Shown: positions 1 to 10,500 of the stretch, piece after piece | Layout of the letters: every line of letters begins with the position of its first letter | How positions within the stretch are numbered: position 1 is the first letter of the stretch | Origin: Tubiluchus corallicola | Taxonomy: Eukaryota; Animalia; Priapulida | Length of the DNA stretch: 24,635 nucleotides | Assembly: GCA_030141605.1 (NCBI GenBank) | Contig: JAQGDQ010001811.1 | Coordinates: 1-24,635 of the forward strand | Reading direction: 5' to 3' | Program-made: the position numbers and the translations under genes | Notes under the pieces: generated by a model | Seen by the model: the letters and a program-made list of their open reading frames with translations, nothing else | The model's database searches: none | Told to the model about the DNA's origin: nothing

Positions 1-1053
1 GTACTCTTTGCACTGGCAGGATAATGAATGATGAACGACTAACACACGTGTACTCTTTGCACTGGTAGGATAATGAATGATGAACGACTAACACACACGT
101 ACTCTTTGCACTGGTAGGATAATGAATGATGAACGACTAACACACGCGTACTCTTTGCACTGGTAGGATAATGAATGATGAACGACTAACACACGCGTAC
201 TCTTTGCACTGGTAGGATAATGAATGATGAACGACTAACACACGCGTACTCTTTGCACTGGTAGGATAATGAATGATGAACGACTAACACACGCGTACTC
301 TTTGCACTGGTAGGATAATGAATGATGAACGACTAACACACACGTACTCTTTGCACTGGTAGGATAATGAATGATGAACGACTAACATACACGTGTACTC
401 TTTGCACTGGTAGGATAATGAATGATGAACGACTAACACACACGTACTCTTTGCACTGGTAGGATAATGAATGATGAACGACTAACACACACGTACTCTT
501 TGCACTGGTAGGATAATGAATGATGAACGACTAACACACGCGTACTCTTTGCACTGGTAGGATAATGAATGATGAACGACTAACACACACGTACTTGCAC
601 TGGTAGGATAATGAATGATGAACGACTAACATACGCGTACTCTTTGCACTGGTAGGATAATGAATGATGAACGACTAACACACACGTACTCTTTGCACTG
701 GTAGGATAATGAATGATGAACGACTAACACACGCGTACTCTTTGCACTGGCAGGATAATGAATGATGAACGACTAACACACGTGTACTCTTTGCACTGGT
801 AAGTTAATGAATGATGAACGACTAACACACGCGTACTCTTTGCACTGGTAGGATAATGAATGATGAACGATTAACACACGCGTACTCTTTGCACTGGTAG
901 GATAATGAATGATGAACGACTAACATACGCGTACTCTTTGCACTGGTAGGATAATGAATGATGAACGACTAACACACGCGTACTCTTTGCACTGGTAGGA
1001 TAATGAATGATGAACGACTAACATACGCGTACTCTTTGCACTGGTAGGATAAT
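1..1053. repeat. 49-bp minisatellite, about 21 copies, truncated by the window start
   Basis: Unit gtactctttgcactggtaggataatgaatgatgaacgactaacacacgc; copies are near-identical. Confidence 0.97.
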
Positions 1054-1257
1054 ACTATACTTCAAAAACTTTAGCATATTTTATCCCCAAAATCGAAGAT
1101 TAGATGTGATATCTGACAAACCAAGATTCATTGCTATTTCTCGTCTGTCTCTGGGGAGGGTCGATGATTGTCGCCATTTGTATGACTGAATGTACTTGAA
1201 TGTACTTGAATAAATGTTTCTCCAAGGTCTTGGAAATGTACATAAGTTTGTTTACAG

Positions 1258-1544
1258 CTCCACAAGCAAACGGATACTTGCTGATCCATTCCAGTGTAAC
1301 CAGGTCGCTCCACGTGCTGCTTCCACCCGTTGTGGGAAAGCTAGACGAACAAACTCATGGCTATGCAGACAACTGTCTGTCGTTCTCCTACGAGAGAAAC
1401 GGCGACGACGACTCTCTGACGGTCATTTCGGTTTTCAACGGAGCAAACGACGTCAACCTGACTCGACCTTACGCAGTGGTCACGTCCTGGTCCGTTGGTC
1501 AAGAGGATGTGTTCGTAACATTTGGCGGTTTGAGCTTGCTTGAA
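1258..1544 (+). CDS. Exon 1 in window: MAM domain core
   Basis: Acceptor ttgtttacag, donor GAA|gtaagt. PQANGYLLIHSS...LLPPVV...NCLSFSYERNG...LTVI...SWSVGQEDV fits the MAM pattern GxY..SS / L.SP / CLxFxY / LxV / W. Confidence 0.85.
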
Positions 1545-4500
1545 GTAAGTACTCAATAAGTACTTAAGTCTTGAGTAAGTACTTGAAGTAAGTACTCAAT
1601 AAGTACTTAAGTCTTGAGTAAGTACTTGAAGTAAGTACTCAATAAGTACTTAGATCTTGAGTAAGTACATTAAGTAAGTACTTATGTCTTAATAAGTACA
1701 TGAAGTAAGTACTTAGGTTTCGAGTAAGTACATGAAGGATGAAGGTAGTACTCAATAAGTAAGTAGTCAATAAGTACTTAAGTGTTGAGTGATTACTTGA
1801 AGTACTCAATAAATACTTAAATCTTGAGTAAGTATTAAAGAAAGTACTCAATAAGTAAGTAGTCAATAAGTACTTAAGTGTTGAGTGATTACTTGAAGTA
1901 CCCAATAAGTACTTAAGTCTTGAGTGAGTACTTACCAAACATTTTTTGGCTACCATAAGCTGCATAGGTCATAAGTCGACAACTTCCTGTAATGAAAAGA
2001 ACTACTTTGATTTTTAATCTTCCATTAGCAAGTTAATGCCGGCAGTAATGTATACTAACTATTTTTTATATGATTCAACACCACATAAAATTATCCTGAA
2101 TTGTTACGAGTTTGTTAATGTGGCTTGACGTCTCCGCATTGTTATCTTGACTGTCATCACATTGTTATCTTGACTGTCGTCACGTTGTTATCTTGACTGT
2201 TGTCACGTTGTTATCTTGACTGTCGTCATGTTGTTATCTTGACTCGTCACGTTGTTATCTTGACTGTCGTCACGTTGTTATCTTGACTGTCGTCACATTG
2301 TTATCTTGACTGTCGTCACGTTGTTATCTTGACTGTCGTCACGTTGTTATCTTGACTGTCATCACATTGTTATCTTGACTGTCGTCACGTTGTTATCTTG
2401 ACTGTCGTCACGTTGTTATCTTGACTGTCGTCACATTGTTATCTTGACTGTCGTCACATTGTTATCTTGACTGTCGTCACATTGTTATCTTGACTGTCAT
2501 CACATTGTTATCTTCACTTTCGTCACATTGTTATCTTGACTGTCGTCACATTGTTATCTTGACTGTCGTCACCATTGTTATCTTGACTGTCGTCACATTG
2601 TTATCTTGACTGTGGTCACATTGTTATCTTGACTGTCGTCACATTGTTATCTTGACTGTCGTCACATTGTTATCTTGACTGTCGTCACATTGTTATCTTG
2701 ACTGTCGACGCATTGTTGTCCTGACTGTCGTCACCATTGTTATCAAACAGGCTGTGATAAAAGTGGAGTTTGACAACGTGACGACCGTAGCTTGGGTGAA
2801 GTTGGATGATATACAGATTCGGCATGGCGTCTGCCCTCCCCTCCACGGTGAGTGGTCTACGGTTGTAGCTTTGGGTGGGCGTCAATTCACACAAGTTTCT
2901 TAATGCGATTCGAACCTAAAATTATGGATTCAAATAATTCAGCACTTCAACTACCTACGTTCTTTATCATAAGAACGTTTGAAACAAATCAGGGCAGTTT
3001 AGCTGTGATTTCTGTTTAAAATTTTTAAAGAAATTATTAGTGGACTAACTGCAGAATAAAATCTACTAATATGCATGATTTTTGTAAAAAAGCTTTTTAT
3101 TAATGCTTATTCGAAAAACCAAAGTTGAATTCGGTTTTAAGTCTCGAAATTTGGTTTGATACGCATTCGAAAGTCAAAAATTCAATTCTATTCGAATTTG
3201 TTTTCTGATAGAGAACGTTCACCTTTGATTGCAGCTGAACAATGGTGACTTTGTATGTGTAGAATCGTCACGTAGGTTACGTGCTGTAGAATTTTTTTCT
3301 ACTTGATGAAAACGTTTATCGTGCTGTGAAATTGATAGATATGTTACATTAGTGACTGTGATGTAACCGAAGTAATGTCGTTATTGCAGGTTACAGGTTT
3401 TATAATCCAGAGACGGGCATGCACGACTCTAAGGGTGTCTTACAACAAAAGCGCCATGTTGGTAATTATACAAGTTTGGAGGTTAAAGGTCAAATTTAAT
3501 GTAAAACCATTATCATCATCATCATCATGACCTTCATCATCATCATGACCTCCATCATCATCATCATCATCGTCATCGTCATCGTCATCATCAATGTCAT
3601 CATCATCATCAACGTCATCATTATCGTTTTCTCGCATCTGTTTGCTTCACTTCATTTTTTGTTGTTTATGTCATTAATTAAGACTTATCAATGTTGAGCA
3701 TAGCTTATAAGTTAATTTCTTCTATGTTCTTAGCACTGCAATGCATTGTTAATGTCTTCTTCTACGTTCATAGCACTGCATTGCATTGTTAATTTCTTCT
3801 ACGTTCATAGCACTGCATTGCATTGTTAATTTCTTCTACGTTCATAGCACTGCATTGCATTGTTAATTTCTTCTTCTATGTTCATAGCAATGCATTGCAT
3901 TGTTAATTTCTTCTTCTATGTTCATAGCAATGCATTGCATTGTTAATTTCTTCTATGTTCTTAGCACTGCATTGCATTCTTAATTTCTTCTGTGCTCATG
4001 GCACTGCATTGCATTGTTAATTTCTTCTATGCTCATAGCACTGCAATGCATTGTTAATCTCTTCTACGCTCATAGCACTGCAATGCATTGTTAATTTCTT
4101 CTACGTTCATAGCACTGCATTGCATTGTTAATTTCTTCTACGTTCATAGCACTGCATTGCATTGTTAATCTCTTCTTCTATGTTCATAGCACTGCAATGC
4201 ATTGTTAATTTCTTCTTCTATGTTCATAGCACTGCAATGCATTGTTAATTTCTTCTTCTATGTTCATAGCACTGCAATGCATTGTTAATTTCTTCTACGT
4301 TCATAGCACTGCATTGCATTGTTAATTTCTTCTTCTATGTTCATAGCACTGCAATGCATTGTTAATTTCTTCTTCTATGTTCATAGCACTGCAATGCATT
4401 GTTAATTTCTTCTACGTTCATAGCACTGCATTGCATTGTTAATTTCTTCTTCTATGTTCATAGCACTGCAATGCATTGTTAATTTCTTCTTCTATGTTCA

Positions 4501-7500
4501 TAGCACTGCATTGCATTGTTAATTTCTTCTTCTATGTTCATAGCACTGCAATGCATTGTTAATTTCTTCTTCTATGTTCATAGCACTGCAATGCATTGTT
4601 AATTTGTAATTGTAGAGCTTGTATTGTCCTAAATGGATAAATAAATAAATATAATCTATCACACATCTTATTTCGACCAAATATTTCTATGTCGAAAATA
4701 AGACACCTATGATTCATTTTTTACTCTTTCTGCTAACGTAGGTGACTGGTTCGAGTCGTCAACGGTAACCGCATGGAGGAACCTCTGTTTTACCAAGTCG
4801 GAGCTCGATTACTTCACCTCTGTAGAGGTCTGCTCTATGGTACTGGGAACGAACGCGGTGAACGTCAGCGGGGTCTGCCCCTACATCGAACTCGCAAAGT
4901 ACCCGGCTCTCGTGAACGAATTCGGCGATGCGGACATTTCGTGGTGCGGCGAATATGCCGTGTACGTCGACTGCTTTGCCACGGTTGACGACATTGATGG
5001 AGATTGCCTCCCAAGAGGTACTGTATCTGAGTAAAATTTCCAAGTTTAGTATTTATAATGTGATCGGCTTTAGATTATGGGTGAGCATTCGATTTGAACC
5101 TAAAACTATTGATTCGAATAATTCAGTACGTCGACCACATAGGTTCTTTATCATTAAAACCTGTGAAACTGGTGCAATTAAAAACAGTCTTGCAAAGATC
5201 TTGCATATTGCTTGATTTTGTTCTGCTGTGAAAACACTAATATTTTGTTTAAAAGATGTGCACGGAGATAGCAGCTAAATTGTGAAAATTTCGACAGGTT
5301 ACCACCAGACTATACTGTTTGGTTAGAATTTCTAATATATTTTCCTGGTTTAGATCGCTGGGGCTCTTGGAGTGAGTACACGCTGCTGCCCTCTACGTTT
5401 TACGAATGTTACTGTACGACAGTCGAACCGAGCGATGATATGACTCCGATAGATCGATATCGAACGTGTGACAGTCCGCATCCGTTAGGTGACCACAAAC
5501 ACTTCGGCTGTGACGGGTCGCCGCTTGGAGAAGCGTGTGAAGTGATCGTGTGTGAATTTGCTTCATCTTGTCAAGAAATTAAGCAGCAAGTAGGTATTCT
5601 TTTAGTGAATATGCTTCATCTTGTCAAGAAATCAAGCAGCAAGTAAGTATTCTTTTAGTGGATAGGCTTCATCTGTCAAGAAATCAAGCAGCAAATAAGT
5701 ATTCTTTTAGTGAATATGCTTCATCTGTCAAGAAATCAAGCAGCAAGTAAGTATTCTTTTAGTGAATATGCTTCATCTTGTCAAGAAATCAAACAGCAAG
5801 TAGGTATTCTTTTAGTGAATATGCTTCATCTTGTCAAGAAATCAAACAGCAAGTAAGTATTCTTTTAGTGAATATGCTTCATCTTGTCAAGAAATCAAAC
5901 AGCAAGTAGGTATTCTTTTAGTGAATAGGCTTCATCTTGTCAAGAAATCAAGCAGCAAGTATTCTTTTAGTGAATAGGCTTCATCTTGTCAAGAAATCAA
6001 GCAGCAAATAAGTATTCTTTTAGTGAATATGCTTCATCTTGTCAAGAAATCAAACAGCAAGTAAGTATTCTTTTAGTGAATATGCTTCATCTTGTCAAGA
6101 AATCAAACAGCAAGTAGGTATTCTTTTAGTGAATAGGCTTCATCTTGTCAAGAAATCAAACAGCAAGTATTCTTTTAGTGAATAGGCTTCATCTTGTCAA
6201 GAAATCAAGCAGCAAGTAAGTATTCTTTTAGTGAATATGCTTCATCTTGTCAAGAAATCAAACAGCAAGTATTCTTTTAGTGAATAGGCTTCATCTGTCA
6301 AGAAATCAAGCAGCAAGTAAGTATTCTTTTAGTGAATATGCTTCATCTTGTCAAGAAATCAAACAGCAAGTAGGTATTCTTTTAGTGAATATGCTTCATC
6401 TTGTCAAGAAATCAAACAGCAAGTAAGTATTCTTTTAGTGAATATGCTTCATCTTGTCAAGAAATCAAACAGCAAATAAGTATTCTTTTAGTGAATAGGC
6501 TTCATCTTGTCAAGAAATCGAGCAGCAAGTAAGTATTCTTTTAGTGAATAGGCTTCATCTTGTCAAGAAATCAAGCAGCAAATAAGTATTCTTTTAGTGA
6601 ATAGGCTTCATCTTGTCAAGAAATCGAGCAGCAAGTAAGTATTCTTTTAGTGAATAGGCTTCATCTTGTCAAGAAATCAAGCAGCAAATAAGTATTCTTT
6701 TAGTGAATAGGCTTCATCTTGTCAAGAAATCGAGCAGCAAATAAGTATTCCTTTAGTGAATAGGCTTCATCTTGTCAAGAAATCAAGCAGCAAATAAGTA
6801 TTCTTTTAGTGAATAGGCTTCATCTTGTCAAGAAATCGAGCAGCAAGTAAGTATTCTTTTAGTGAATACGCTTCATCTTGTCAAGAAATCGAGCAGCAAG
6901 TAAGTATCCTTTTAGTGAATTTGCTTCATCTTGTCAAGAAATCAAATAATAAATAAGTATTCTTTTAGTGAATATGCTTCATCTGTCAAGAAGTCAAGCA
7001 GCAAGTTAGTATTCTTTTAGAGTCATAGCTGCTACTTTAGTTTTGAATGCGAATGACTTTGAAAAGGCTCTGGGAATAAAACTGGTTTTTCTCCCCATTT
7101 TAGCAACAAACCTAAAACTGGTTCTTCCCTTACCGCTCAGATTTTTGTCAAAACAATGTCTATATTTGTGTAAATGGATATTTACAGAAATAAATCAGCT
7201 GTAGGTTGTGTGTTAATATCGCAGAAAATGTTTTTTTTAGTTTAAAAAGGGAGGCTTGCCGATGCCCAGCCCGTACGAGCATTCCAGCTTTCGCGTTGAT
7301 GTAACGGACGTCGGGCATGTAGACATTAGATGTGAAAATATGCAAGGTATGAAATTTTGCTCTTAGCTAAAATTAGCGGGGGTGCTGCTTCAGAAAATTT
7401 TTAGCCTTTGTTTCAATACTGTGTAAAACTAAACAAACATATGTTGTCGCAGTTCAAGCTTGATCCATTCACGGTAAGCATGAGACAACTGACAGAAAAC

Positions 7501-10500
7501 TGTGTGAGCGACAGTACTTTCTCTCCCTGGTCAACATATGTAATTTTAATGTTGTAATTGTAATTTTAAACAGACAAACATATGAAAGTTTATAAACAAA
7601 CTTGATAAAATCCTAAACAAAAATATTTTTTGTTTACTAATAGCCTAAATTGTCTCAGTTCAAGCTTGATCCATTCACGAAAAGCACCTGACAATTGACA
7701 ACAAACTGTGTGAGTGACAGTACTTTTTCTACCTGGGTTCAGCCATGTGCACAGCAGCCAGATACCACGTTGCTGGAGCGCACTGTCCTGGGCTGTGAAG
7801 CAAACAGTACTAGCCTCAACTGCTCCGGTTCTGTACAAGTATAAAGAAAGAACTAAAGAAAAAAGAGTTATTATATTGAATATTATTGATAATATTGAGT
7901 GAAAATTGGAGGTGCTGTGGTTCCACAGTACCTCTTCTTGAGCTGCCTCTGCAATTTCATTTCGAATTTTTCTTGCATTGAAGAGATTTCACCCTCCCTT
8001 TGCAAAATTTCTATTATGTGTGCAGGCTATGGGTGAGCATTTGGACCAGAAATAGAATTTGAATCGAATCGAATTTGTGACTATCGAAATTTCAATCAAA
8101 CCGAATTTCAGTATTTCGCAGGCGAATCAAATTCGAATTGAGTTTGAAAAATTTTTGAACAACGAACCCTCGGTAAAAAGAGGTTTTATGAAGATCATGC
8201 AAAGTCACTCTTACTCGATTTTGTTCTGCAGTGAAACGACTAATAATTAGCTTAAAATGTTCACAAAAATCGCTACAGAATTGTGCTAATTGTGCGTCAT
8301 GTTTAAAACGTTTTAATGAAAAAAAACATACGTGGTTGAAGCAGTGGATTATTCGAATCTATACCTTTGGCTTCGAATTGAATTCGAATTAAAAAAACAC
8401 ATTCAAACGTTTGATGCTCATCCCTAGTACATGCTGCCATTTGCAAACTCGTTGTGATTGAATTTCCACTCTACAAACGTGACATGAAATTAAATTATGA
8501 AAATTGTGTCATCTATATTTACGTTTCATTTTTTTTATTTTTTAATCAGCCGCATCATAATTTGCGTACATTATACAGTAAGTCTTTGCTTAACGACGCT
8601 AATGCGTTCCGACAAAACATGTCGTTAAGCGAAGCCAAGACTTCCATAGAGAGTTATGTAAAAGAACTGAGATACGTTCCAGAGGCAAAAATCAGTGCTG
8701 CTTAAATCTTATAAATTAGAATTTTTAAGAGTTTTACTCGTGTTTCTTACTACTGATTAATTTCTTTCTGCTTGAAACCACCTGTATATCTTACTTACCT
8801 AGCAGTTTTTCTTGCATTAACATTTAAGTTTAGGCAGCGGTTAAACAATGAACACTGCACAGAGTGGAAGCCAAACACTGAGCGACTTTGAGAATTTTAT
8901 CTAGTCAGGTTACTATAGCAACAGTTTGCTCCCAGATCTTGCTTGATACAAATGGCAAGCATTTAGTGGTCTGTCGAAAAGCCAAAACTTATACTTGTAC
9001 AATAATTACACTGTTTACATTACTGGTGTGTTTTTATAACAGAATAACGCAATATGTTTTAATGCATCAAGTTGTAGATTGTTGTTGGTAAAAAAGATCT
9101 TGACAAAATAAAAATTGCCTTGAACAAAGTAAAAAAATCGTCGTTAAAGCGAAACAGTGTGTCGTTAAGTGAGAAAAAAGGTGTCAAATGATGAGCGTCA
9201 TCGTTAAAACAAAACGTCGCTAAACGGGGAGTCGTTAAGCGAGGACTTACCGTAGTGAGTTGCTTTAGTTTCAAAATTTAGAAGCAAAGTTTCAAAATTT
9301 AGTTTCAAAGCTGTCAGAACGGCTGTACAAATATGAAGCAAGACCACAGACGTCAATTTAGATTTACGAAACTTTGTGCAGGTGGCGGTTGGACAATGTT
9401 GCTAGCCTACACGGACTCGTCCGGCTGGGATGACCACGCCCTGTACGAGAGATGGCGAGAGGGAGAGGAACAGATGTCCATGTTGAAGATAGGTGACAGG
9501 ATCAGGGGACAGACTGATTATTTTCAGGTGAATAAAACAAATATGAAAAAGAAGACGGCAGTTTGTTTCACACTTTATTTATTGTTTACTGAACTACAAT
9601 AAAATGAATTGAATAAACCTTTTCATAGTTCCAGCGATTGATGATGATCGTGAACAGGTCAAAGGTTAAGTGTACCAGACAACGCATATATGTACACTTG
9701 ACAATGCCTGGCAGCCCATGCTGTTGTAATAGTAACAATTTTAACAGCTAGCTAGAACTTTACCTAGTTCATTTTTTCTTGTTCCCAAGCAAAATCCTGC
9801 TAGTAAATTACTCTACGCACAGACTAATGCATAGTTAAGTAAAGCCCACATATCACAACGGAAGCTACCGAACTGATGCAGCAGACGGCTTTGCTTTACC
9901 CACATGTCACATGACAGTTGTAATTAAGATGCGTTGCCGTGGCACACTCAACCTTTGACCTACAGCAACTGCGCACGCGCACAACGAAACTGTGAAAAGG
10001 AGTCTTGATGATAGGCGACAAAATGCGGAGAATGAAAAACAGTAGAATCCGCTTGATACGTCCGCGGATAATAAATCCAGTCTCTTATAGTGGCTACTGT
10101 GGCTGGAAAAGTCTCCACTGAACTCCTTTCTATTTCATTTCCCTTTGTCTATCCATCTTTGTCTATTATTTTATCTTAACTATCTATCTATCTTTTATAT
10201 CATCTCATATATGAGCTTCATTCATTACATCATTCCATTCTGTAGCACTAATGTTTTCTTTATCTTACGATTCACTTCAAATTTTCAGATTATTTTCATT
10301 ACTTTTTCTTTCACTGTGTGGGACAATCTAACAAGCCCTGCTTTTTGATTGCCCGCAACACATTTACATTTGTATATATAGCAAACCTAAACTATGGTAT
10401 ATCTAAACTAGTTATGTGCTCAAAGTAAATTGTATACGAATTTACTAAGCAACATACAACAGCAATAATTCTCTTGTTTATCTTTCAACCCCACGGTGTT

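Noticed and set aside
3440-3637. Poly-Asp ORF on the minus strand
   Set aside because: Translation of the (CAT)n microsatellite.
1-7020. CRISPR-like appearance of the regular arrays
   Set aside because: Units are head-to-tail with no unique spacers, there are no cas genes, and the context is a spliced eukaryotic gene.
5590-9381. Direct splice from exon 5 (donor after 5593) to the GGGWT exon
   Set aside because: Exon 7241-7346 has good splice sites, bridges the phases and supplies the expected cysteine before GGGWT.
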